A stretch of DNA of 64,000 nt from Octopus sinensis (GCF_006345805.1 NC_043008.1:59210001-59274000); one strand, 5' to 3'; positions 1 to 12,098 are shown, counted from the first letter of the stretch. Notes: a model not told the origin generated them from the sequence alone. Translations and numbers: made by a program.

Positions 1-900
1 CACCTATTTGGTAGCTAAGGTCTAAAGAAAGACATCTTGTTTTAACCATCATCCTTTAAATCTTAAGAAGATTTTACAGATATTTATAGACATCGTGATC
101 ATTTGCAGATGCCTATTTGGTTGTGAATGCTATCGGACCCAGTTGGCTCCTTATTACTTCTAAGGAACAAAATGGTGTACCAAGCTTTGTCTGGGCGTTC
201 AATAGCGATCACCAGTGGTTGGGGGGACTTTGGCTAACTATAAAGCCTTGATAATCCACCCATGTAGTTTACTATCAACAGCCCTTAAGTTGTCCAACCG
301 CAACACGGTTAAGTTCCCGTGATTGCTTTAGAGTTTTTCCTGGAACATTTTGTTAATTAATGCATCGGTTTACATCCCTACACATCCTTCTTTCCTCTAG
401 CTTGCTCAGGTCTTATAATGTTGGTGGTACAATGATCATGCAAGAACAGACGATTCAAGCAGCCAAGATATGAATTGTACATGATGTTCTGGCAGGCTAC
501 AGGGCTGTAATTTTTAGCAAGGGCGGTTGGCTATTTTGGAGAATTGTAGTTCATAACTATTGGGGCATTTCTAGCGTGCCCTTGATACTTTCTCCATACA
601 ACTGTTTGAGATCTCACTGATAGAACGTAAAATTCTTCAGCCAGTAATCTGTTATGAGGCTGGACCTGGGAGATATCCTGTTAGAACATTTCCTGAAGGA
701 CTATTTCCAATAGTTGCCCTCCTTTGCTGGATATGCTGGTAGTAGTATTGCTTCAGTTCTTTTGGCCATACAAATTGTTTATTGGATTCCTCATTTGTTT
801 TTCATATAGATCTCCAGTAGCTCTCAACCCCATCTTTTGGTTGGGGAGTCTTTTACAGAGATTAAGACTTTCGAATTCAAGCTGCGATAAACCGGCTTCT
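1..900 (-). mobile_element. Degenerate non-LTR retrotransposon (RLE/R2-superfamily type) reverse transcriptase region
   Basis: Minus-strand translation through stops gives AKNYSPVACQNIMYNSYLGCLNRLFLHDHCTTNIIRPEQARGKKDV*GC...LVIAIERPDKAWYTIL, resembling the NYRPIACxNxxYK / EQAGG early RT blocks of RLE LINEs; many stops. Confidence 0.6.
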
Positions 901-1447
901 CATTCCTAGCAAATAATTTATTGAGCACTAGCAGTATCGCCCGGAGTTGCTCGGGTTTGTTTCGACCCTTTAGAATTGGAAATTTTGAAAAGAAAATTGT
1001 TATTCTCTTTAAGTGAACATTTTTCTGGTTGAAATACACCGAAAAATGGCGATACAGCAGTCAGAAAATCGTAAAACATGGATTTTCATAGAATAAAAGA
1101 ACTTATTCGATGTAAATAATTTCTGGTGTTAACATGGTCCGATTTGAATTTGTTCTTCTACGGAAGGAACTGCAAGCCTTCTTCTATCATACTCTCAATT
1201 TTGGTCAACTTGCGCCGCAGGGTCTCGGAGGAGATAGTGTTAGTTAAAGGCTACCAAATCTGCCATGCACAGACAACTTCAGCTTTATATAGAGAGAGAT
1301 TTGCCGTTTATATGTTTTAAATATTATAGTTTAGCGTTTACTCTGCAGCTGTGAGTTGTTGTTTCAGCTGGTTTGGAGTTTAGTGTCTTTTTTTTTAATC
1401 TTGTATCACGAAATCGCCTCCCTACTTCTTTTTCGAAGGAATACAGT

Positions 1448-2485
1448 ATGTATGTATGCATGTATGTATGCATGTATGTATGTATGTATGTATTATGTAT
1501 GTATGTATGTATGTATGTATGTATGTATGCATGTATGTATGTATGTATGTATGTATGTATGTATGCATGTATGTATGCATGTATATATGCATGTATGTAT
1601 GTATGTATGTATGCATGCATGCATGCATGCATGCATGTATGTATGTATGCATGCATGCATGTATGTATGTATGTATGTATGCATGCATGCATGCATGTAT
1701 GCATGTATGTATGTATGTATGCATGTATGTATGTATGTATGTATGTATGCATGCATGTATGTATGTATGTATGTAGGTATGTATGTATGTATGTATGCAT
1801 GTATGTATGTATGTATGTATGTATGTATGTATGTATGTATGTATGTATGCTGCATGTCATGTATGTATGCATGTATGTATGTATGTTGTATGTATGCATG
1901 TATGTATGTATGTATGTATGTATGTATGCATGATGTATGTATGTATGTATGTATGTATGCATGCATGTATGTATGTATGTATGAATGTATGTATGTGTGT
2001 ATGTATGTATGTGTGTATGTGTGTATGTGTGTATGTATGTATGTATGTATGTATGTATGTATGTATGTATGCATGCATGTATGTATGTATGTATGTATGT
2101 ATGCATGTATGTATGCATGTATGTATGTATGTATGCATGTATGTATGTATGTATGTATATATGTATGTATGTATGTATGCATGTATGTATGTATGTATGC
2201 ATGTATGTATGTATGTATGTACGTATGCATGCATGCATGCATGCATGCATGTATGTATGTATGTATGTATGTATGTATGTATGTATGCATGCATGTATGT
2301 ATGCATGTATGTATGTATGTATTATGTATGTATGTATGAATGTATGCATGTATGCATGTATGTATGTATGTATGTATGTATGTTGTATGTATGTATGCAT
2401 GCATGTATGTATGTATGTATGTATGTATGTATGTATGTATGTATGTATGTATGCATGCATGTATGTATGTGTGTATGTATGTATG
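1448..2485. repeat. (TATG)n microsatellite with interspersed GCAT units
   Basis: Direct reading; explains the YIHT/MYVC ORFs. Confidence 0.98.
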
Positions 2486-3184
2486 TCAGCTTCCAGTTCA
2501 GCGCTGGAATAGATGTTATCTAGTGCCCCGCCACTCTTAAATCATGCTTGTTATGTGCCTAAATTGCAGAAATAATTCTTTGAAGGGAGACAAATCAGAG
2601 GCAAGGGAAGTCATTCATGTCTAACTCGTCAACACAGCACACGAGCCAGCTTTCAGTCTGAATATTCAGGTGCCAAATGATAATCGTCATCAAATGGACA
2701 GGATTTGCAAGCAAATATCTCATAAAAATAGTCTCAATTCAAACAAACAGAATGCTGAAAAACCAAGCCAAATATGTGCTTGCTGCAGGAGAATCTTTTA
2801 CCAGAAACTAGTTGTTGAATAAAGTGCTCCAACAAAAGAAATTTATAATCCTAGGAAATGGCAACTATTCATTACTTTTTAACTTCTCTACAACTTTTCG
2901 AAGCTTTTTGTCTTCATAGATGATTTGTTGAAACACCGGCAATATCATGTTAAGGGAGGTAATTCTATAATAGTTACGAAAAAATTATTTCCCTTGAATC
3001 ATAAACTGAGGTGTCTGATTTGTTGACTTTTAATGAATACATACGTGCGTATGCATGCATAAACATACACACACAAATATACACACATATGCTCACACTC
3101 ATTTATACAAGTTCTTATCCACGTATTAACATGTAATAAGACTGTACCAAATCCAGACAAAATACTGGCAGACTGCTGGCCATG

Positions 3185-3290
3185 TACGCATACACACATA
3201 CATACATACATGCATGCATGCATACATACATACATATATACATACGTACACACATCCATACATACACACATACATACATACATACATACA

Positions 3291-3326
<36 letters not shown>

Positions 3327-3908
3327 TATATACGCGCATGCATACATACATACATACATACATACATACATACACCCACATACATACACACACATACATA
3401 TATCCATCCATCCATACATACATACATACATGCATGCATGCATACATACATATATACATACGTACACACATCCATACATACACACATACATACATACATA
3501 TATACATCCATACATACACACATACATACATACATATATACATACATGCATACACACATACACACATCCATACACACACACATACATACATAAATACATA
3601 CATATATATATATACATACATACATACATACATACATAAATACATACATATATATATACATGCATACATACATAAATATATATATATATATATATACGTG
3701 CATACATACATACCATACATACATACATACATACATACATACATACATACATACATACATACATACATACATAAATACATACATATATATATACGTGCAT
3801 ACATACATAAATATATATATATATATATATATATACGTGCATACATACATACATACATACATACATACATACATACACACACACATACATACATACATAC
3901 ATACATAC
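3185..3908. repeat. (CATA)n/(TA)n compound microsatellite
   Basis: Direct reading. Confidence 0.97.
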
Positions 3909-4321
3909 AAGAATAAAATTTCTGGTATGAATTGGTTTAGTCTAATGTCATGTGTAGACGATGCGTGGATTCGAGCTCAACAGCCAGCCCTAGTCTTCTC
4001 TACCCAAATAGTTTTGTAACCGATGTTAATTATGGTGTTATATGCTTCCAGATCCAACATTCTATAGATGAATTATTTCACATTCTCTCGAAGTTTATAA
4101 AATGTGTGCGTGTATTAATATACCAGGAGCTATATGTAGGAAAGGCTTATCACAGGAGACACGTGGGATTGAGAGTCGCTCAAGAGGTCACAGTATGTGC
4201 GACGAAAGATTTAAGATAAAAGACAATAAAATGAAGACAGTAATAAAGCTAAAGTGAAGAATGAATATTATTTACATTATTTACATTTGACGGATATTTG
4301 TCCCCCATCTTTTTTGTTGCT

Positions 4322-4367
4322 AACACAACGTTTCGGTTGATATACCCTCCAGCCTTCATCAGGTGTC
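4322..4367 (-). ncRNA. Minimal type-I hammerhead ribozyme motif (family a)
   Basis: Minus: gacac CTGATGA aggctg-gagggtatat-caacc GAAAC GTT gtgtt; stem I gacac/gtgtt, palindromic AACGTT stem III. Confidence 0.75.
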
Positions 4368-4417
4368 TTGGGGAAATTTCGAACCTGGATTCTCATTCCT
4401 AAGATAGTTTTTCAACA

Positions 4418-4450
<33 letters not shown>

Positions 4451-4454
4451 TTGT

Positions 4455-5170
4455 TATGCCTAGAGTGCTATATATTTGGTTTTGTACTTAGTGTTGTACT
4501 AGTGAATGCCTAAAAAAACATACGAAAATTATGTTTGTTTTAAAACTTGAGATTACAAAGACAGTATTTTGCGTAGGATATAAGCAGTTCCCATGAGCAC
4601 TATCTCATGAATTTCTGCCATTTTGGGGTTTCCTGTTTTTGCTATCATTCCCATGGCACCTATGACAACAGGTATTGTTTTAGTCTTCAGGTTCCACATT
4701 TTGCTGATTTCTATTTCCAGATCTTTATATTTGTTTAGTTTCTAGTAGATCTTGACAGATACATTTATATCGATTGGGACAGTCATATCAATGAGGAGGT
4801 ATGTTTTTTGTCTGAAGTCTTTTACTATGATGTCTGGCCTATTCGCGTCTATCTTTCTGTCAGTTTGAATAGTGAAGTTCCAGAGGAGTGAGATGTGGTC
4901 ATTTTCAAGCACTGGAGGTGGTTTGTGTTCCCACCAGTTTTTATCATGGGGCAAGTCCAGGCTTTTGCAAATTACTCAGTGAATATATTGTGCAGCTCTA
5001 TCATGCCTCTTGAGATACTCTGTAGGCGCAAGAAGACTGCACTTGGAGACAACATGATCAATGGTTTCATTTTGTTGTTGACATACACGACATGTTGGGC
5101 TACTGCCGTTCTTTAGTATGTTGGCCTGGTAGTTTCTTGTAGGTAGGCATTGATCTTGAGCTGCTATGAT
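4455..5170 (-). mobile_element. 3-prime fragment of an RLE-type LINE (R4/Dong-like)
   Basis: Minus translation: zinc-knuckle-like CQQQNETIDHVV...RHDRAAQYIH region, then WNFTIQTDRKIDANRPDIIV...LIDMTVP (PD-(D/E)xK nuclease), GTAYILRKIL, 3-prime UTR and (ACA)n tail. Confidence 0.85.
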
Positions 5171-5334
5171 AAACCCTTCTGTTTCAGATTTTTATTATTA
5201 TTATTATTATTAATATCATCATTATCATTATTATTATTATTCAGGTCACTGCCAGGAATCGAACTCGGAATCTTAGGGCTAGTAGCCCGCGCTCTTAACC
5301 ACTACGCCATAAGTCCGTCAAATGTAAAACCCAA

Positions 5335-5405
5335 GGGCATATGGCGTAGTGGTTAAGAGCGCGGGCTACTAACCCCAAGATTCTGAGTTCGATTCCTGAC
5401 AGTGG

Positions 5406-5483
<78 letters not shown>

Positions 5484-5625
5484 CATTGAAAAATACCTTA
5501 TGAATGAGAACCCAGGGTCGAAATTTCCCCCAAGACAACTGATGAAGGTTGGAGGGATATGTCAGCCGAAACGTTGTGTTAACAACAAACAAGATGAGGA
5601 CAAATATCCGTCAAATGTAAATAAT
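5335..5625 (+). mobile_element. tRNA-headed element: Pol III head + (AAT)n + hammerhead tail
   Basis: A box TGGCGTAGTGG, B box GAGTTCGATTCC, (AAT)n 5409-5480, hammerhead 5534-5580. Confidence 0.8.
5534..5580 (+). ncRNA. Minimal type-I hammerhead ribozyme motif (family a)
   Basis: gacaa CTGATGA aggttg-gagggatatgt-cagcc GAAAC GTT gtgtt; first stem-I pair mismatched in this copy. Confidence 0.7.
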
Positions 5626-6134
5626 ATAAATAATGTATATACATAGAACTGTGAAGAATGAATATATATGTATATACCTATTTGCAAAAATTAAATGTCC
5701 GTCCCGAAATATAACGATAAACATTAAGTGTACTTTTCTCTTTTGACGAATTAAGGGCAACGAACGAAGAAGAATGCACAGAACAATCAAGAGAAATGTT
5801 TCTTGGTGTTTGAGATTTCATTCCTTCGCTTTATCAGCAGTGTCAACAACCAAACGGTCATCAGCTTGAAAACAGGCACTCCCAAAATATCTTAAATTCT
5901 GTCTGTAGATTATATAAGATTTTTAGAAGGAAATGTATTTTTGTATTTTAATAGACACTGAGTTTATAATCATTTAATGGGTGTAGCCATTTATTGAGCA
6001 TACCCGGTATATACGTGCATGTATACGCGCGCGTGTGTGTGTGTACATAAATATATATATATATAATATATATATAGTATATATATTATATATATATATA
6101 TAGTTGTGTAGGTATCAGTTAGAGGAGTTTAATA

Positions 6135-6556
6135 ATACCTATTTCTTTACTACACACAAGGGGCTAAATACAGAGGGGACAAACAAGGACAGACAAACGG
6201 ATTAAGTCGATTACATCAACCACAGTACGTAAATGGTGCTTTATTTATCGACCCCGAAAGGATGAAAGGCAAAGTCGACCTCGGCGGAATTTGAACTCAC
6301 AACGTAGCGGCAGACGAAATACCTATTTCTTTATTACCCACAAGGGGCTAAACACAGAGGGGACAAACAATGACAGACATAGGTATTAAGTCGATTACAT
6401 CGACCCCAGTGCGTAACTGGTACTTAATTTATCGACCCCTAAAGGATGAAAGGCAAAGTCGACCTCGGCGGAATTTGAACTCACAACGTAACGGCAGACG
6501 AAATACCGCTAAGCATTTCGCCCGGCATGCTAACGTTTCTGCCAGCTCGTCGCCTT
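6135..6556 (-). mobile_element. tRNA-derived SINE family A, head + two tandem body/tail units
   Basis: Head ggcgacgagctggcagaaacgttagc; core gcctttcatcctttcggggtcgataaa twice; 9-bp flanking duplication agtttaata at 6126-6134 and 6560-6568. Confidence 0.85.
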
Positions 6557-6707
6557 AAAAGTTTAATACATCTAAGGAATAATTAAATCCAAAGTCGCTC
6601 CTGGTTATTACCTGGGTAGGTACAGTCTTTTGTAATGTTGTACGGTAGCAGGTCGTCCGGTTGGTAGACCGTCGTTTACCTTATATACAAGAAAATGAAT
6701 GTAATAG

Positions 6708-6897
6708 CAAGGGGAGACTCGTCGTTTTCGCTGGTATGCCTTTAATTTAATTAGATAACAAAGAAGAAGGAGGCAATGATAAAAGTAACATTTACGATCG
6801 TTTCGATCGACTAGTTTTAACTTTATCATTGCCTCCTTCTTCTTTGTTATCTAATTAAATTAAAGGCATACCAGCGAAAACGACGAGTCTCCCCTTG
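6708..6897. repeat. Inverted repeat, 76-bp perfect arms with 38-bp spacer
   Basis: 6708-6783 is the reverse complement of 6822-6897; imperfect pairing extends about 20 bp further out. Confidence 0.92.
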
Positions 6898-6941
6898 ATA
6901 TTACATCCATTTTCTTCTCGTATATATATATATATATATAT

Positions 6942-6991
<50 letters not shown>

Positions 6992-7057
6992 TGTGTGTGT
7001 ATGTGTGTGTCTGTGTCTGTGTGTGTGTCTGTGTCTGTGTATGTATGTATATGTATT

Positions 7058-7102
<45 letters not shown>

Positions 7103-7132
7103 ATGAATATATATATATATATATATATACTT

Positions 7133-7498
7133 TGTTTCACTCGTTAGACCGCGGCCATGCTGGGGCACTGTCTTCAAGAATTTTTAGTGCTTATTTTTTC
7201 TTAAGGCCTGATACATACACATACATACATATATACATACACACATATATACATGCATGCATGCATGCATACGTGATTTTTGCCGAACCGCTAAGCTACG
7301 GGGACCTAGACACACCAACACCGGTTTCAAGAGATGGTGGGCAACAAACCCAACGATACATGTAGTGTATATTTATATATAACGGGCTTCTTTCAGTTTC
7401 CGTCTACCCTATCCATCCACAAAGTTTTGGACGCCTCCACGCAACGGGACTGAACCTGGAACCATGCAGTTGGGAAGCAAACTTCTTACCACATAACC
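7133..7498 (-). mobile_element. SINE family B, diverged copy
   Basis: gggcttctttcagtttccgtctacc, gggactgaacctggaaccatg and gccgaaccgctaag blocks shared with 17186-17607. Confidence 0.75.
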
Positions 7499-7840
7499 AG
7501 ATGTAACTCTCTGGACAGATTTAAAGTCGTAGGTTTAAGCAAAACTAATTCAGCAACATTGACTGACTTTCGCTACAGGACCGCTCGGTCGGGATAAATC
7601 CAGCAGCACCAGCGCCAAGCGGTGTTTCGGCATAAGCAAATTCAAGGTTAGTTAAAATATGTTTGAGACATATTTCAACTTCTAAGTTGCCATGGAGAAA
7701 TAAAAAAAATTCTCTTTTATGGTAAAAGGTGTAAAAATACCAGAAACGTTGCGTCTGGGGAATCCGACAGAAGGTACCACTAGGTACATATGGTATTTTT
7801 TATACCTCTTATCATAAAAGAGGGATTGTTTATCGTGTTG

Positions 7841-8010
7841 GTGATGGTGGTGGTGGTGGTGGTGGTGGTGGATGATGATGATGCTGATGATGATGATGAT
7901 GCTGATGCTGATGATGGTGATGATGGTGATGATGATGATGACGGTGATGATGATGATGATGATGGTGATGATGGTGATGATGATGATGATGATGCTGATG
8001 ATGATGATGG

Positions 8011-8042
<32 letters not shown>

Positions 8043-8133
8043 ATGATGATGATGATGATGGTGATGGTGATGATGATGATGCTGATGATGATGATGGTGA
8101 TGGTGATGATGATGATGCTGATGATGATGATGG

Positions 8134-8174
<41 letters not shown>

Positions 8175-8187
8175 GTGATGATGATGG

Positions 8188-8243
<56 letters not shown>

Positions 8244-8256
8244 GTGGTGGTGATGG

Positions 8257-8291
<35 letters not shown>

Positions 8292-8320
8292 GTGATGATG
8301 GTGATGATGATGATGATGAT
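7841..8320. repeat. (GAT)n/(GGT)n trinucleotide microsatellite
   Basis: Direct reading; explains poly-D/H/I/M ORFs. Confidence 0.97.
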
Positions 8321-9329
8321 GAAATACTTTCTCATTAGCGTTTTGCAATTTCTTCGTTCGTTAATGAAAATAGAACTAAAAGAACTTTAAATTAATGTTA
8401 ACTACCAAAACAAAAACAAAATCATAATTTTCGTCTATTGAACTTTGGGTGGAGTTGAAGGTGATGTTGTGGGGGCCTCATACGCGGGGTAGGAAAGCTG
8501 TCTGCTTGATTTAAATTACAAATTGATATTTAGAAATATTTATATTTAAATACCAATTAGACATTATTAGGGGTGGTGGTGGTGGTGGTGGTAGTGGTGA
8601 TGGTGGTGTTGGTGGTGATGACGATGGTGGTGCTGGTGCTAGTGGTGGTCGTCGTCGTCGTGATGGTGGTAGTGGTGGAGAATGCTGGTGGCGCCACAAG
8701 CGGTATTCGAACACAAGATATGGGGATGGAGGAGGAGTAGTTGCTGATAATAATAATGAGGTGGGATGGGGGACCGTGGAGGAGGTAGTGGGGGGGGGGG
8801 AGCGAGTGGGAGGTGGAGCGGGTGGGAGGCGGAGCTGGGGGTGTGGAGCAGGAGATGGTATATGTAAATATACGAAAGAAGAACGGGATAATGAATATTA
8901 TCATTGCCATCGTTATCATTAGCACTACCAAAAACCACAAACATCACCAACATCACCACCACCATCATCGTCGACATCATCATCATCATCATCAACACGC
9001 CACCATTAGTACCAGTACCACGACAGCCAGAAAGACCAACACCTTGTGGATGTTTTTTTCTTATATCTCTTTATTTTTCCAAGTTCATATTAATTTATCC
9101 TAACACTTGGCAAAAAGTAGATTTTTATAGCAATTTATGCATTGAATATAATATATATATATATATATATATAATCTATATATATAATTATTATATGTAG
9201 AAAAATACAAACTAAACTGGGCTAAGAACGCAAACACTTAGAAGACGATACAAAAAACACGGACGGGACATTCGAAGCCCTCAATCTTCAGTCAAGAGCC
9301 GGATCATCGTAGCAATTTCGGCTGATTAA

Positions 9330-9366
<37 letters not shown>

Positions 9367-9479
9367 AACTTAGATAAACTTAGATATGTTTCGACCAAAG
9401 ATTGGTCCAGGTCATGTCTAACTTAATAGCACTACCTGATAGGATTATCTAAATCCTGTTTAAGTCAAGTTTTGTTTAT

Positions 9480-9680
9480 GATCCATTCAATTAGTGTGTT
9501 GTTGTTGAGTGAGTTGTATCCAGGTATGGGTGGCTTATCCGGTATTCCTCAAAGAAATCTGTCCAGATTCTGTTTAAAGATGATGGGATCCTTTTCCTGT
9601 TCGATCCCTTTCGGGACAATGTTTAAACAGGGCAGGGGTTGTTGATGAAAAAAAAACTATGTCACAGTGTACTTTTCAAT
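9480..9680 (-). mobile_element. CR1/L2-like LINE extreme 3-prime fragment
   Basis: Minus translation LNIVPKGIEQEKDPIIFKQNLDRFL*GIPDKPPIPGYNSLNNNTLIEW resembles the FNxLP...FKxxLDxFLxxIPDxP C-terminus of CR1-group ORF2. Confidence 0.6.
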
Positions 9681-9684
9681 ATCA

Positions 9685-9753
9685 CCCCTGATACGAACTG
9701 AACCAACAGTCTTCGGCTGTGGAGGCTGACACCTTATCCATTAGGCCAAACGC
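9685..9753 (-). pseudogene. Degenerate tRNA-Arg-like sequence (pseudogene or SINE head)
   Basis: Minus: tggcctaatggataagg-tgtcagcctccacagcc-gaagactgttggttcag resembles tRNA-Arg D and anticodon arms; T-arm and acceptor stem broken. Confidence 0.45.
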
Positions 9754-9789
9754 ACACATAAAGATAGATACAGGCTGAGCAAAGAGTGA

Positions 9790-10310
9790 GCGACGTTTTG
9801 AAAGTACCATAGCAATCAACACGTTTTTGCCAACAAGATACAAATTTGTTAATTCCGGTAACGTAAAAATCTGGAGTTCTGGAACTGATCAACTCTCTGA
9901 ACGCACTTTCAGCATCGGTTTGATTTTTTTAACTCCTTCTCTCGCAGGAAACCACCAAGGTGCTTGAAAAAGTGGTAGTCGGTAGAAAAAAGGTCTAGGG
10001 AATAAGTTGGGTCGGGAAGAACTTCGTAGCCAAGTTCCTTCAACTTTTGGAGCGTCATAAGTGAAACGTGTGGTCGAACATCGTCATGAAGAATGAGTGA
10101 CCCTCTTCTGTTGACAAGTCTGGGACGGACGAATAGCAGTTTTTCGTTCATTTTGGCAATTTCATGGCAATATGTTTCTGCAGTATTGGTTTTTCCAGGT
10201 TTTAAGAAGTTATTGTGGATGAGATTAGCAGTAACCCATCAAACACTCACCATAACCTTTTTGAAAAGCTCGGGTTTAGGGAAGGTTTTCAATGCTTCAT
10301 TTTGGTCCAT
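9790..10310 (-). mobile_element. Mariner transposase C-terminal relic
   Basis: ORF 9909-10151: LILHDDVRPHV...LKELGYEVLPDPTYSLDLFSTDYHFF = degenerate LHDNARPH / HPPYSPDLAPSDY motifs. Confidence 0.9.
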
Positions 10311-10674
10311 CGACTTAATACCTATGTCTGTCATTGTTTGTCCCCTCTGTGTTTAGCTCCTTGTGGGTAATAAAGAAATAGGTATTTCGTCTGCCGCTAC
10401 GTTCTGAGTTCAAATTCCGCCGAGGTCAACTTTGCCTTTCATCCTTTCGGGGTCGATAAATTAATTACCAGTGAAACACTGGGACTAAACACAGAGAGGA
10501 CAAAGAAGGACAGACAAACGGATTAAGTCGATTATATCGACCCCAGTGCGTAACTGGTACTTATTTAATCGACCCCGAAAGGATGAAAGGCAAAGTCGAC
10601 TTCGGCGGAATTTGACCTCAGAACGTAACGGCAGACGAAATACCGCTAGGCATTTCACCCGGCGCGCTAACGTT
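10311..10674. mobile_element. SINE family A composite, two pieces in opposite orientation
   Basis: Plus-oriented tail+body at about 10311-10481 followed by a minus-oriented copy at about 10482-10674. Confidence 0.8.
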
Positions 10675-11349
10675 TGACACTTGATATGGTTATAAAATCT
10701 GTTATCAGATTGACCCTAGGATGACCCTAAGCTTTGAATTTCGAATCTTGTTTGCTTGGTAATAAACTAGGCCAGAGTATATTTCATCCACCAGCCTCAA
10801 GCGAATTAAACAGGTACAAATGTCAGTGAAATATTTATACAGTTAACAGTCCTAAGTTAAAATATAATTTAGAAATATAAGATATGCAGAATTTACTCAT
10901 AAAGCCAGATCATTGTATACAATATGGTAGAATACTTTTACCTGTCGTGAAATCAGGAGTTTTAGCTATACAAATCATCCCTAAATCTACACGTAGATAA
11001 CACCCTTCTAGATATAAAATAAAGTATTCCATACGAAGAATACTAACTAGTTGAAAAGAAATGCGAATAGGATATAGGCAGGTGAGATACTGCACTAATA
11101 TTGGCCATGTAAACTTTTCCTCTCCAATCTACGTGATACTTAAATTAAAAATCTTTACTCGGGAAATATTTGAGTGGTTTTGTTTTTCCTTTCTGTGAGG
11201 GCGCGCACATTTCCGGGCTAATTTCTGTTTATAATTTAATCACTGGTATTTAGACATGAAAATTTATTCCTAGAAATATTCCATATTTTCAAATCTAAAT
11301 ACCAATTGTTAATCAAATCTAAATACCAATTATTAAGTAGTAGTAGTAA

Positions 11350-11415
<66 letters not shown>

Positions 11416-11432
11416 CAGTAGTAGTAGTAGTA

Positions 11433-11640
11433 GGGGTGGTGTGGTGTTGTTCTGTGTCAGTGCGTCGCTGCATCCACCATTTGATGGTAACACTCTAATC
11501 CTGGCGGATGACACCTTTGCACCTCTCAAGCAACAACCCTCCAACAACAACCCTCCAATCCATGAGATTGTTTAGGGTAGTTGTTAGTGGAGAGGGTTTC
11601 ACAAAATCGGAGTATATACCCTACTTCAACCTCTAACGAC
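11433..11640 (-). mobile_element. Dispersed repeat, probable retroposon 3-prime end with (ACT)n tail
   Basis: catccaccatttg...taatcctggcgg...gatgacacctttg...caacaaccctccaa also found at about 60800-60960; both copies abut (TAG)n tracts. Confidence 0.6.
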
Positions 11641-12064
11641 CAGAAGATGAAACACACGGCATATTCGTCGACAAGCCAGAACCTAGAGAGCTCGTGTGTT
11701 GACCGTTACATTATAAAGCTGCTACTTTCTAATCAGCTCAGGATTATCTCTCTTTGTTATCATCTACTGAGGAAGTTATAACGAGCCAGAAATGCATCTA
11801 GAGGCCAGGCAGAGGGCACAACCGAGCTTGTTAATTCCATATTTATACATTTAATGTAAGTGAGAATTATTTTTCCACAGTAAAATGCAGTGAAATTTCA
11901 TTTAGAAATTAAAACGCATCGCAATCATATGTGAACTAATTTAAAGTTTGCTTATTTCCTACCACTGCTTCGTATTACAGCTTATGTATGCATGCATGTA
12001 TGAAAATGCGTACGTGTCTATATGTATGTATGTATGCATGTATATATGTATGTATGTATGTATG

Positions 12065-12098
<34 letters not shown>

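Larger units (their letters stand above)
4271..5311 (-). mobile_element. tRNA-headed element with hammerhead-containing tail, minus copy, interrupted by a LINE fragment
   Basis: Head 5241-5311 is the reverse complement of the head at 5335-5408; tail 4271-4415 is the reverse complement of the tail at 5480-5625. Confidence 0.75.

Noticed and set aside
560-620. Possible gag zinc knuckle (GHARNAP) suggesting an LTR element
   Set aside because: Flanking translation fits a non-LTR RT instead; no LTR or primer-binding site found
2700-2822. EKPSQICACCRRIFYQKLVV, reminiscent of a Helitron N-terminal Cys motif
   Set aside because: Too short, ends in a stop and no Rep/helicase motifs nearby
1324-3916. 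Long YIHT/MYVC ORFs up to 378 aa
   Set aside because: Translation of (ATGT)n microsatellites, which lack stop codons; the same applies to similar ORFs across the window
5335-5408. Functional tRNA gene
   Set aside because: Acceptor stem does not pair properly and it runs into a microsatellite and repeat tail; treated as a SINE head
7579-7646. Plus-strand candidate exon (ctacag...aag|gttagt)
   Set aside because: Single small segment, unrecognised peptide, no partner exons
7682-8390. Poly-Asp, poly-His, poly-Met, poly-Ile ORFs
   Set aside because: (GAT)n repeat open in several frames, no unique coding context or splice support
9255-9335. CUGAAGA...GAAUGUC as a hammerhead (also 17775-17815, 18550-18580)
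   Set aside because: No complementary stem I in any permutation I tried, and GAAA is incomplete
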